32,850 nt of DNA from a virus. Both the position numbers and the translations under genes were made by a program. Where the stretch lies: positions 1 through 32,850 of the IMG/VR virus record IMGVR_UViG_3300010163_000110; one strand, given 5' to 3'. The notes under the pieces are model-generated. The model saw only the letters and a list, made by a program, of their open reading frames with translations. It was not told where the DNA came from and searched no databases. Each line of letters begins with the position of its first letter. Position 1 is the stretch's first letter. Below are positions 1 to 8,293 of this stretch, piece after piece.

Positions 1-5
1 GAAAT

Positions 6-90
6 GCCCAGGTGGCGGAATAGGTAGACGCGCACGTTTCAGGTGCGTGTGCCGCAAGGCGTGCAGGTTCGATTCCTGTCCTGGGCACCA
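6..90 (+). tRNA. tRNA-Leu (anticodon CAG), class II with long variable arm, CCA encoded
   Basis: Cloverleaf read by eye. Acceptor GCCCAGG/CCTGGGC; D stem GCG/CGC; anticodon stem CACGT/GCGTG (one G-U). Loop TTCAGGT gives anticodon CAG followed by G37. Variable hairpin GCC-GCAA-GGC; T arm GCAGG-TTCGATT-CCTGT; discriminator A plus CCA. Confidence 0.9.
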
Positions 91-93
91 AAA

Positions 94-126
94 CCCCTCC
101 AGAACACGTTTCTGGAGGGGTTTTCT
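94..126 (+). terminator. Rho-independent terminator of the tRNA gene
   Basis: Perfect 11-bp stem CCCCTCCAGAA/TTCTGGAGGGG with a 5-nt loop, followed by TTTT. Confidence 0.85.
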
Positions 127-160
127 CTTTGTTTTGTCGGCTTTTTGTCGACTTGGGCCT

Positions 161-191
161 AAAAAAAGCCCCGAATCCGAAGATTCAGGGC
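161..191 (-). terminator. Rho-independent terminator ending the phage late/lysis transcript
   Basis: Minus strand reads GCCCTGAATC-TTCG-GATTCGGGGC (one G-U pair, TTCG tetraloop) followed by T7. It lies about 100 nt downstream of the last lysis gene. Confidence 0.8.
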
Positions 192-238
192 CTCGCACGT
201 TGGTTTGTTGAACATCTTCAACTCCGATTCCAAAGGTA

Positions 239-268
239 GGGATTTTTGCCGGGAAAATCAAAAATCCC
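239..268. repeat. Perfect 10-bp inverted repeat GGGATTTTTG / CAAAAATCCC with 10-nt spacer
   Basis: Read directly. Located between the stop of the last lysis gene (293) and the terminator at 161-191. Confidence 0.6.
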
Positions 269-292
269 ACCAAAAAATATAATCGTCTCCGT

Positions 293-805
293 TCATTGGA
301 ATAGATCGTTTATCGTTTTTCGATATTTGAACGCCAAGATGCAAAGTCCAGCGAGCAAAACGACGCGGAAAAGGAACCGGCCGTAATTCGGAGCGGCCGG
401 CTCCTTGGCTTCGTCAATCTGCGTCCGCTCCACTGCTGCCTGCTCGGAGGCGCTATCGATTCGCGCGGCCGAGGCGGCTACTGTTAAAGCCTCCGCCACA
501 CTTCGATCCGCCGTAATTGTGCGCGATCGCGTAGTAATACTCCGCCGAACGGCGGGCGAAGCGCGGGGACCACCTCCGGAGCTATCCGGAGGCAATGCGA
601 GGCAGACGGGCGTCTCGATCGTCTCCGCCTCCGTCTCGATGATCGTTACCACGTCGCGCACTTCCTTGCGCACAACGGACCCAGTGTCGGCGCACTCAAT
701 CACGGCACGGAAGCTCTCCTTCATCTGCGCCTCCGCGTCGATCGCTCGCTTCGTCGAGCTGCAGCCGAGGAGCGCTAAAACGAAAAGCAAAACGAGCTTC
801 TTCAT
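293..805 (-). CDS. Lysis-cassette lipoprotein with C-terminal membrane anchor (unimolecular-spanin-like architecture)
   Basis: Start taken at the internal ATG at 805, which forms an ATGA overlap with the upstream stop. N-terminus MKKLVLLFVLALLGC carries lipobox LLGC. C-terminal hydrophobic segment FLFRVVLLAGLCILAF. Last gene before the terminator. Confidence 0.55.
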   Translation of the reverse strand: MKKLVLLFVLALLGCSSTKRAIDAEAQMKESFRAVIECADTGSVVRKEVRDVVTIIETEAETIETPVCLALPPDSSGGGPRASPAVRRSITTRSRTITADRSVAEALTVAASAARIDSASEQAAVERTQIDEAKEPAAPNYGRFLFRVVLLAGLCILAFKYRKTINDLFQ

Positions 806-1212
806 AACTGCGCCCTCCCTTCGAATAATCGCCATCCGGCATTCACTTGGGTCGGGTCAGCCTCGACGCCGTTTTCTACGAAGCTCATCGCCGAAACGAT
901 GCGGCGCATAACGTCGCCATCCAGCGTGTCGATGACGGCAGCGGCCGGTACCCCCGATCTGGCGGCCACGGTCCGAATGTACCACCGTGTGTTATTCTCG
1001 GTGGGCGGCGCCCACCGGTTGATAAAGTCGATCAGCGTTCGGCAACCGTGTTTCACCCGGTAGGTGTTCAACGTCTTGAACGCCGCGCGATAGCCATACG
1101 CCTGGGTCTCGAATTGCTTGAACGCCGGATCGCGGCTCGGGACCTCGCCCAGAAAGCGGTCCGCACTGCGTCTAAGGTTCAGCGGGTTGTTGTTGTTCAA
1201 TCCTCGGCTCAT
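802..1212 (-). CDS. Putative endolysin / muralytic protein (phi6 P5-like NNPGNIR family)
   Basis: NNNPLNLR ... DPAFKQFETQAYGYRAAFKTL ... RWAPPTENNT matches, from memory, the conserved NNPGNIR ... F ... GiRA ... rWAP..EN.T pattern of P5-like muralytic proteins. Sits in the lysis position. Confidence 0.55.
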   Translation of the reverse strand: MSRGLNNNNPLNLRRSADRFLGEVPSRDPAFKQFETQAYGYRAAFKTLNTYRVKHGCRTLIDFINRWAPPTENNTRWYIRTVAARSGVPAAAVIDTLDGDVMRRIVSAMSFVENGVEADPTQVNAGWRLFEGRAQL

Positions 1213-1573
1213 TTTCTAAAAAGTCCTTAAGTTTCTGAATCGTCCCGAACGGCGGCTCCCGTTCCGCGCATCCGACTTTCGTGCAGCGCATCATCCGCTC
1301 CATCGCAAGAGCTTCGATTAGGGCGTATTTGTCCTCCCGGAGGCCTTCGACGATCTTATGCAGCTCGTCGATCTTTTCGTCCTTCTTATCCTCGCTCTGC
1401 TCCAGCGCGTCGATGCGGTGCTGCTTTTCGATCGCCAGCTGGTGGTAGCCTTCGGCGACTTCATTGTCCGTCGCCACCTTTTTTTCACGTTTGGTCTCCC
1501 TCACGTAAAACACCCAGCTGAAACCACCGCTGCCGATTAAGGCGCCGACCAGTCCGATAATTATTTCGTTCAT
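1172..1573 (-). CDS. Holin candidate: single N-terminal TM helix plus charged coiled-coil tail
   Basis: IIIGLVGALIGSGGFSWVFYV is followed by a KE-rich helical region. ATGA overlap with the tail-fibre stop. First gene of the lysis cassette. Confidence 0.4.
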   Translation of the reverse strand: MNEIIIGLVGALIGSGGFSWVFYVRETKREKKVATDNEVAEGYHQLAIEKQHRIDALEQSEDKKDEKIDELHKIVEGLREDKYALIEALAMERMMRCTKVGCAEREPPFGTIQKLKDFLENEPRIEQQQPAEP

Positions 1574-4554
1574 CCCAACTTGCCTGTTGCATATACATTA
1601 AATGAGGATGAGGAACCGGCATGTGCGTACATTAAGATTCCGCCTATAATCTCTTCATTTGGAATAGGGTAGCTTATAAGAGCTGTCCCGATCCCTCTTT
1701 CTGGGATGTATACCGGAAAATCTACCGTTGTTTGCCCCTCTTTCATGTATTTGCTATATTTTTTTACATACACTTCTATCGTTTTTAGATTAGCATCCGC
1801 GTTTGAATCTCCGAGTTGAAGGAGGGCGAAGGTCGACAGATCACTTGCTGCTGCTGCGCCGATGTTGGTACGAGCCGTCTCTTGCTGCGCCTCAGTCAAC
1901 GTCTGCTTCGTCGTTTTGATGGTGGTTGCATCAAGCTCGGCTTTCAAGTCATCTAAATTCGCAAGCTGTTTCCATCCCGTCCAAGTTCCACCGACTTTGT
2001 GTCTATAATACAATCCAGCGTCTCTGTCTACGTATGATGTTGCCAGTTGGAATCCATAGGAGCTATCAGTAGAGCCCCATGTCATGTATATGTGCCAACT
2101 CGTATTCGTTGGCGCATTGGTAGTCGAGTTAACCTCTGTCACTCCAATTTTTGTGATTGTGTCCGGGTCAACGAGCTCTCTCGAAAGCGTCATTGTGTCC
2201 GACTTATCCGCTTTCGCAGCCAAGGAAGCAGCGGTCGCGTAGTACTCCGGGAGCTGTCCTCCGAGTTTAGACGCTGATCCGACGAATGATCCGCCGAAAT
2301 AGGGCACGAAATTATTCGTACCGAACGGTTGAACGCTTCCGCCGAGCTGTGAGAAAATGCCCGCCGCATATCTCGGCAATCCGGTTTTACTGTCAATGTC
2401 CGAGGTCGAATAAATGAAAACCGATATTATACCAGCCGAAGTCGGCTGGCAGTTCCCGATAAAAATTTTGTTGGTTTTGTTTGGATAGTTTTTGCAAATC
2501 CAAACGATCATCGCACTCATATAATCGGCTATCGAACCGGATGATAAGCCGTCGACGCGAGGTATTAAAATGATTGATGATATAGAAGAAGAACCTTCTG
2601 GCTGATTCGATATAAATTCGTGAGTACGAATATATCCATTAACGACCAAATTCCCATCAATCGTTCCTCCAGTAAGCGGCAAGTACTCCTTCGAATCAAC
2701 ACTACCGTCAGCCTTTAAGAACTGCGACGCGGTGCCACCCGGTGTGCTGAAGCCTTTGGCTTCAAGCTCTGCGTGTTCCCCGGACCCATTGAACCAACGG
2801 TATTGGCTAACATTGCTCTTCGCCGTGCCGGCTGAAGTATAATTAATATTGACAAACGGAATGCCTCCACCGATAAACGTAAACTCATACGAACCATCGA
2901 CAAGATCGTTCGGAGCTTTGAGTTTAGCGAAGGCCCCATTCGTTTCCGTTTTTGTATACGCATCCGTGATCCCATAGCCGGCGAGGGTCGTCGCCTTATT
3001 TGCCTTTGTGGCAAGCTCATCTTTGCTGGCTGCGGCAATGTTCGTTCTTGCTTGCTGTTTTTGCGCTGTATTGAGTGATTGTGCTATCGTCTCAACGACT
3101 GTATCTTTATCGGCTTTCCCCTCCAAGTCCTCCGCGGTCGCATAGTAATCGGGGAATTGTCCGCCCAGCTTTTCAGCATCCATCGCCGATCCGATTAGAT
3201 AACCGAAGAAGTTGCGTGCAAAGATATTGGAGTTGGAACCGTCGTTTATTGAATCAAACACAAAACCATTTGTGCCATTAATGGTTCCATATGAAATGCG
3301 TCCAGCGCTTGGGCTGTTTGTACTCAAAGGATCACTCCCATCTATGACTAATTGGAGATCATTCGCTCTAAACCCATACGGGACAGTGAAACGGTCATTG
3401 TTATAAAAGATGGTTTCTACTTCTTTGAATCCATCATTATCCTGAACTATTACAGCGTCTTCGTTGATAGAGATGCTAATCGAATCATCACCAAATGTAT
3501 TAATTGCGAGCCAGAATATCCAAGGGCTGCTTTTTTCGGCAAGATTAAAGAAGTCTATAACGACTTCAGCATCTTCTTTATAGTTATTTATTCCATTGTT
3601 CTTAATTGTTATGTCTCTATATTCTAAACTGCTATTCTTTTTAGCCTGGAATGGAGTGAACTCAATCCAAGTCATTGATACACTGGCATAATTATCTTCG
3701 TGAGATGCCATTAAAACGGCATAAAATTTTGCCATTTGATCGGGGAAAGGATAGATGTGATTGAACTTAATGCTCGCTGCCCGGCACTCTCCACTGGCTG
3801 TGGGAACAGACCATTTATAGAACTTCCAGCCGGCTGCTTTCATTTCGGCGATCTTATCAGAGAGCGACTTGTCGGCCGCCTCCCGGGCCGCAGTCTCGTC
3901 GGCCACGGACTGCGTCAGCGTGGCGTCGGCCGCTTCACGCGCGGCGGTCTCGGCTGCGAGGTCGTCGGCCAGCTTCTTGTCGGCCGCGGCGCGGGCGTCA
4001 GCCTCCGCGGTGATCGCGGCCTCCCGGGCCGCAGTCTCGTCGGTCACGGACTGGGTCAGCGTGGCGTCGGCCGCTTCACGCGCGGCAGTCTCGGCGTTGA
4101 GGTCGGTACGCAGTAGAGCATCGGCTGCAGCCCGATCCTCGATCTCCTTTTTAAGCGCATCCGCGAAACCGGCCCTATCCTCGGCGTACTCCGCAGCGCT
4201 TACCGCTCCGATGTTCTTCCGCGCCTGTTCCTGCTGCTCTTCGGTGAACGTCTGGGAACCGTCGGTGCGTACCGCGACCTCGCCCAGCTGGTCGATGTTC
4301 TGCTGGAGCTTCTCATCGGCGGCCTTGCGCTCTTCTGCCTCCACCGCATCGGCGGATGCACGGTCTTCGACCTCCTTTTTGATGGCTGCCAATAAGTCCG
4401 CTTTGTCGCCTTCATAAGATTCGGCGCCGATCGCTCCGATGTTTTCCCTCGCCTGGCTTTTCTGCTCTTCCGCCAACTCTTGCGGCGTTGTCTGTACCGA
4501 ACCCTCCAGCAGGTCGTCAATATTTTGTCCCGAAAATTTGCTCTTGTAAGCCAT
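1570..4554 (-). CDS. Tail fibre protein (994 aa)
   Basis: Four copies of the fibre motif (E/A)QQ.QAR.NIGA. An Ala/Glu-rich coiled-coil with AAREAADATLTQSV repeats. Two GGQ(F/L)P(D/E)YYATA..L..KADK collar motifs. Located just upstream of the lysis genes. Confidence 0.85.
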   Translation of the reverse strand: MAYKSKFSGQNIDDLLEGSVQTTPQELAEEQKSQARENIGAIGAESYEGDKADLLAAIKKEVEDRASADAVEAEERKAADEKLQQNIDQLGEVAVRTDGSQTFTEEQQEQARKNIGAVSAAEYAEDRAGFADALKKEIEDRAAADALLRTDLNAETAAREAADATLTQSVTDETAAREAAITAEADARAAADKKLADDLAAETAAREAADATLTQSVADETAAREAADKSLSDKIAEMKAAGWKFYKWSVPTASGECRAASIKFNHIYPFPDQMAKFYAVLMASHEDNYASVSMTWIEFTPFQAKKNSSLEYRDITIKNNGINNYKEDAEVVIDFFNLAEKSSPWIFWLAINTFGDDSISISINEDAVIVQDNDGFKEVETIFYNNDRFTVPYGFRANDLQLVIDGSDPLSTNSPSAGRISYGTINGTNGFVFDSINDGSNSNIFARNFFGYLIGSAMDAEKLGGQFPDYYATAEDLEGKADKDTVVETIAQSLNTAQKQQARTNIAAASKDELATKANKATTLAGYGITDAYTKTETNGAFAKLKAPNDLVDGSYEFTFIGGGIPFVNINYTSAGTAKSNVSQYRWFNGSGEHAELEAKGFSTPGGTASQFLKADGSVDSKEYLPLTGGTIDGNLVVNGYIRTHEFISNQPEGSSSISSIILIPRVDGLSSGSIADYMSAMIVWICKNYPNKTNKIFIGNCQPTSAGIISVFIYSTSDIDSKTGLPRYAAGIFSQLGGSVQPFGTNNFVPYFGGSFVGSASKLGGQLPEYYATAASLAAKADKSDTMTLSRELVDPDTITKIGVTEVNSTTNAPTNTSWHIYMTWGSTDSSYGFQLATSYVDRDAGLYYRHKVGGTWTGWKQLANLDDLKAELDATTIKTTKQTLTEAQQETARTNIGAAAASDLSTFALLQLGDSNADANLKTIEVYVKKYSKYMKEGQTTVDFPVYIPERGIGTALISYPIPNEEIIGGILMYAHAGSSSSFNVYATGKLG
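3878..4096. repeat. Intragenic direct duplication: two ~78-bp copies offset by 141 bp (47 codons)
   Basis: GCCTCCCGGGCCGCAGTCTCGTCGG.CACGGACTG.GTCAGCGTGGCGTCGGCCGCTTCACGCGCGGC occurs at 3878 and 4019 with a few mismatches. It encodes the repeated coiled-coil segment of the fibre. Confidence 0.8.
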
Positions 4555-5671
4555 AGTATTTTTGTTTAATTACCCAAATCTGCTCTCTTCCTTTGACCAT
4601 AAAATCGCCGTCTGCGTCGTCGAATATTTCACGCCCGGCAGGCTTCTTCTTCACGGCCATTTTTTCGCGAGCCTTCACCAAGAAGTCGCCGTCGGCATCG
4701 TCGAAAATCTCCCGCAATCCTTCGCGTTCTACTTGCACCGTTGCCGTGGCGTCGCCGCACTCGAAGACAATCACGGCGGCGCGGTCGATACCGGTGTTTA
4801 TTTCCGGATACGAAACCGATACGACCGATTCACCATCCGTCCCGCTCGTTGGATCGATCGAAGCCTTTCGAGGGCTCTCGACAATCTTCCATTCGGCGTT
4901 CGCTGTAACGCGCAGCGTCTGCGGTGCGGTGTCATTCCACCCGAAATACAAGGTTTCGGGCTCGACGAAAACGGCGAAGCCTTCGTCTTGATAAACATGC
5001 AGCGATGCAAGCTGGTTTCCCGTGACTTTGCTCTCGACAATGAAGAGCGCATCCCGTACTGGTTCAAAGGCAGGGTTCTTTTTGACCGTAATCGTCACGT
5101 CCGTGGTCCCGGCGCAGCCCTCGAGGGGCTCGATCGTCATCCAATCCGGAATCTCTCCCACAAAGCGCCACGGCGTCGTGCTTACGACTTGAATCGTTTC
5201 GGAACCTCCGAGGCGATCGAAAGAGAGCGACGGCGGCAAGATCGATGCGAACTCGACGATCTCGGGGCATACATTCGAACGCAAAGACGATAGAATGACT
5301 TCGGCGAAGACGCCCGAACAGTTGTCTTTAAACCGCTGGTCGAAAGGCTGCACGGTGTAGGAAGGCACGACGAAGTCGGCGTCTTGCAGGGTCCGCAAGA
5401 TGTTTGCGAGCGTCTGCATCCCCGTCGAATGTATTTCGATGCGGTTCCGCTCGTCTTCACGCAGCCGATCTACGTAGAAGAGTGTAAGCCGGTATTCGTC
5501 CTCCGAGCTCTCCAGATTCACCGGGTGGCGGCCCTCCGTGAAGGCAAAAACACCATAACGGACGTTTTGCAGCTCGTTGAGCTTGTAGACGTCGTTTTCG
5601 ACGATCATCTGCACCGACGGTTGCCGCGCCGCCACTTGTGCGAGCTGGATTATCGTATCGCGCAGTGTCAT
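4517..5671 (-). CDS. Virion-module protein with two BACON/Ig-like domains and a C-terminal 27-aa tandem repeat
   Basis: Start at the internal ATG at 5671 (MTLRD), which forms an ATGA overlap with the upstream stop. PWRFVGEIPDWMTIEPLEGCAGTTDVTITVKKN and AEWKIVESPRKASIDPTSGTDGESVVSVSY resemble BACON repeats. REIFDDADGDF(L/M)VK occurs twice. Confidence 0.5.
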   Translation of the reverse strand: MTLRDTIIQLAQVAARQPSVQMIVENDVYKLNELQNVRYGVFAFTEGRHPVNLESSEDEYRLTLFYVDRLREDERNRIEIHSTGMQTLANILRTLQDADFVVPSYTVQPFDQRFKDNCSGVFAEVILSSLRSNVCPEIVEFASILPPSLSFDRLGGSETIQVVSTTPWRFVGEIPDWMTIEPLEGCAGTTDVTITVKKNPAFEPVRDALFIVESKVTGNQLASLHVYQDEGFAVFVEPETLYFGWNDTAPQTLRVTANAEWKIVESPRKASIDPTSGTDGESVVSVSYPEINTGIDRAAVIVFECGDATATVQVEREGLREIFDDADGDFLVKAREKMAVKKKPAGREIFDDADGDFMVKGREQIWVIKQKYYGLQEQIFGTKY

Positions 5672-6219
5672 CGGGGCAAAATTTTTCCGCGTGCACCTCC
5701 CAGGAAGATGCCGCACGTGGCCGAGCTGCGCAGATTCGCGCGGATGCGCCGGCAGTCGCACTCCTTCAATTCGGGGAAGTGTTCGCGGTTGTTCCACAAA
5801 TAGTCCTGAATCCGGTGTGCGTGCGAATCGGCGATCGCCTGGCTGTAGTTGGAGGCTGCAATCACTTCGTTGTAGGTCGCATTCTCGACCTTTTCGTCCG
5901 ACGTCTTTACGACGCCTTTATTTGCGACTTTGTAGCTTACCTTCATCGGGAGCCTGGCCGCCGCCTGGTAGGCAAGATAAAAGCCGATGCGGCCCATTAG
6001 GTCGGCGTAGTACTCGTTCCCCTCCGCCTTCACTTCGTCGGCCGATACGAGCTCCTTCAACTTTTCAAACAGAGCAGAACCGACGATCTCCTGGAGATCG
6101 ATCTCTTGCGCTTCGCGGATCGCCGGCAAAAGGTATTTGCCGGAAAGGTTGTCGTCGATCACGCACTGCTCCCGTACGAAGGCCTCCGACACTAAAAGTA
6201 CATTCGTGTGCTTTTCCAT
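5668..6219 (-). CDS. Head-tail connector/adaptor-like protein (gp6-like)
   Basis: ATG at 6219 overlaps the portal stop (TGATG); the track start at 6222 is GTG. The N-terminus (LLVSEAFVREQCVIDDNLSGKYLLPAIREAQ) resembles gp6-type connector openings. Directly follows the portal gene. Confidence 0.45.
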   Translation of the reverse strand: MEKHTNVLLVSEAFVREQCVIDDNLSGKYLLPAIREAQEIDLQEIVGSALFEKLKELVSADEVKAEGNEYYADLMGRIGFYLAYQAAARLPMKVSYKVANKGVVKTSDEKVENATYNEVIAASNYSQAIADSHAHRIQDYLWNNREHFPELKECDCRRIRANLRSSATCGIFLGGARGKILPR

Positions 6220-7343
6220 CACTTCACGGTGTTAGGTGCGCTTTCGAGCGTGAACGGGCGAATCGTGATCGCCCCCTTCGTCTCGAAGATGTAGTCGAAC
6301 ACGTCGCAAATCATTTTTTGCACCGGCATAATCTGCGTGCGGTTGTAGAGCTTAAAGGCCGATTCGTACTCTTCAGACGAAAAGCCGAGCGAATCTGTCG
6401 GAATTCCGAACAGGTTGGGGTTCGCCCGAAAGGCGGTGTAAATCTGCTGCCGGCTGTGTTTAGCCAACGTGTAGTAGCGTTCCCCGAAATCGTCGGCTTC
6501 GACCTTCTTCACGTCTACCGCCTTGTCGTCCATCGATTCGCTGAATACCAGCATTATGCGGTTCCCGTTCTTCGCGCCTCCGAATTTCTCGTTGATGTTC
6601 CGCTCGATCTCTTTTTGCTGCTCTTCGTCCGCGAAACTCCCTTTCAGCTGGATGATGTGCGACCCCATAAAGCCGTTGTGTATAGAGCTCAAGTGGTAGT
6701 CATCGATCGCCCGCTCGATCTCGCAGGCCTTGATGCTTCCAGCGTAGATCGGTTCGGGGTAGGCCATTGTCTTGCCCGTATTTTTCCAATAAAGTATGGC
6801 GGAATTGGGGTCTTTGAATTGAGGTACGAATCGCGGGTACACGACCGCCGTACCGCTATACGAGCCGTCGCCGAACTTTTCGGAATAGTAGAAACGCTCG
6901 CCGCTCGCATCCGATCGGACGTTTTCGAAGTCCAACGAATAGACTTCGCCGACCGTACGGTCCATTGCCCGGATGATCTGCATCGGGAACCCTCCGCAGG
7001 TGAAGTAATTCGTCGCGATTGCCCGAACCAGGTCGCGGATCGTCTCGCCTTTCCGATTCATCTTTCCGCTTTCGAAGCCCGGGACGTTGCAGATGATCTC
7101 GTCTCCGCACACGTAGTCCACCGAACCGTTTATAACGCTGCGAAGCGTCGCGACGTTCTTGCGAAGGTCGAGCAGGTAGCGCGGGTAGCCGTTCCGGTCG
7201 CCCCATGACACCATCCCGCCGCGGTGTGCTTCGCGCTCGGTCGGCTCGATGATCATTTGCTCGACGTAAGGGGCAATCGCCGCGAATTGGAACCGTTTAG
7301 CCGCGGTATTCGATATATTCGACGTCTCCTTCATATTCTTCAT
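6219..7343 (-). CDS. Portal protein
   Basis: 374 aa. The C-terminal FRANPNLFGIPT..LGFSSEEYESAFKLYNRTQIMPVQK pattern is typical of HK97-type portal proteins. Confidence 0.8.
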   Translation of the reverse strand: MKNMKETSNISNTAAKRFQFAAIAPYVEQMIIEPTEREAHRGGMVSWGDRNGYPRYLLDLRKNVATLRSVINGSVDYVCGDEIICNVPGFESGKMNRKGETIRDLVRAIATNYFTCGGFPMQIIRAMDRTVGEVYSLDFENVRSDASGERFYYSEKFGDGSYSGTAVVYPRFVPQFKDPNSAILYWKNTGKTMAYPEPIYAGSIKACEIERAIDDYHLSSIHNGFMGSHIIQLKGSFADEEQQKEIERNINEKFGGAKNGNRIMLVFSESMDDKAVDVKKVEADDFGERYYTLAKHSRQQIYTAFRANPNLFGIPTDSLGFSSEEYESAFKLYNRTQIMPVQKMICDVFDYIFETKGAITIRPFTLESAPNTVK

Positions 7344-7626
7344 TTTTTGCCTTGTACGTTCCTACTTGGAGCAATCCGGATTCGAGCGGGACCCCTCCAA
7401 TTTGGAAACAATAATCGTATTCGCCCTCGTCCGCATCTTCGGGCAATGCAATGTCTGCGATGTAATATTGCAGCGTTTCAGCCTTCACCGGTGCGGGTAT
7501 GTCAAATCGCCGCTTCGAGACTGTCCCCAAAATCGAAAGGACCTCATCGCCTTGGGGCGTGTCTATATGACGTGTCCGAGGTATCGCGACGGTTTGCAGA
7601 TAGGGCGATCGGTGCAGGTATAGCAT
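7297..7626 (-). CDS. Small hypothetical protein, first gene of the portal/fibre block
   Basis: Start taken at the internal ATG at 7626, which is 12 nt downstream of the TATATATC motif. The longer track ORF would run through the terminator and motif. Confidence 0.4.
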   Translation of the reverse strand: MLYLHRSPYLQTVAIPRTRHIDTPQGDEVLSILGTVSKRRFDIPAPVKAETLQYYIADIALPEDADEGEYDYCFQIGGVPLESGLLQVGTYKAKNEEYEGDVEYIEYRG

Positions 7627-7638
7627 GCTTTTTTTCTT

Positions 7639-7646
7639 GATATATA
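7639..7646 (-). promoter_or_regulatory. Conserved TATATATC motif (copy 1), candidate phage late promoter element
   Basis: Minus strand reads aaCATATATATCaagaaaaaaagcATG. It follows terminator 7667-7697. Confidence 0.45.
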
Positions 7647-7666
7647 TGTTACCCGAAAATCGGACA

Positions 7667-7697
7667 CAAAAAAAGCGGGGCCCGATTTGGACCCCGC
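7667..7697 (-). terminator. Rho-independent terminator after the capsid/tube block
   Basis: Minus strand reads GCGGGGTCCAAATCGGGCCCCGC followed by T7-8. Confidence 0.8.
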
Positions 7698-7723
7698 CAC
7701 GAAACACACAACCACAAACCGCG

Positions 7724-8239
7724 TCAAGCGATCAGCGCATCGACGATCTTCGCGTCTACCTCGTAAGGGAAGTGCGAAGACACCTCGTTGAGCGTCAAGC
7801 CGTACTTGTTTGCGTCTCCGATCGCCGTGCCGGTCGTTCCGTCGCCTGCCGTCGCATTTACGGGCTCTTCGTCGCCGAGGAACCACCACCGCCCGTTTCG
7901 ATCGTGAACCAGCACGCGGGCATCGACGGCGGCAAGCGCCTCCATCTCGATGCGCTTCGCCGTGTTCATCCCGGCAAGCTGAATAGCGACGTCCGTCGAT
8001 ACGTAGTTCGATCCGCTGGTCGGCTCGATCGTCCGCGTCGAGGTCATCGACCCGGTATCTTTTCGAAAAGCATAACGGTGGAACTTCGCACTTGCCGCCA
8101 TTTCGATCGCCGTCACTTTCCCGTCCGTTACCGTGATGTTGGATACGTCAGAGTAGTTCGCTACAGCGATCTCGACGATTCCGCCGCGTGCGCTATCGCA
8201 ATCCCGGGGAATACCGCTTAAAGTTTGGTTACAAGCCAT
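7724..8239 (-). CDS. Putative major tail (tube) protein
   Basis: 171 aa, directly after the capsid gene and before a strong terminator. The pattern GGIVEIAVAN ... VLVHDRNGRWWFLG ... TTGTAIGDANKYGLTL resembles siphovirus tube proteins from memory. Confidence 0.45.
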   Translation of the reverse strand: MACNQTLSGIPRDCDSARGGIVEIAVANYSDVSNITVTDGKVTAIEMAASAKFHRYAFRKDTGSMTSTRTIEPTSGSNYVSTDVAIQLAGMNTAKRIEMEALAAVDARVLVHDRNGRWWFLGDEEPVNATAGDGTTGTAIGDANKYGLTLNEVSSHFPYEVDAKIVDALIA

Positions 8240-8293
8240 TTTTTCTCTTTTTTGTCCCGGAGCGGTTGCCCGCTCCGGGTCGGTCGATAAATA

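Noticed and set aside
1570-4554. Diversity-generating retroelement target in the tail fibre
   Set aside because: No reverse transcriptase gene and no template/variable repeat pair were seen in the window. The internal repeats are in-frame shaft duplications.
4517-5797. N-terminal extensions of track ORFs (4517-5797, 12680-15661, 19819-20253, 20070-20603, 22551-23501, 27621-28535, 293-835, 7297-7707)
   Set aside because: In each case an internal ATG forms an ATGA or near-zero junction with the upstream stop or lies just after a promoter motif. The extension is Arg-rich and overlaps the upstream gene or a terminator.
5691-7208. 505-aa plus-strand ORF
   Set aside because: It is antisense to the well-supported portal and adaptor genes. 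Its translation is Arg/Pro/Ser-rich low-complexity sequence, typical of a shadow ORF in GC-rich DNA.
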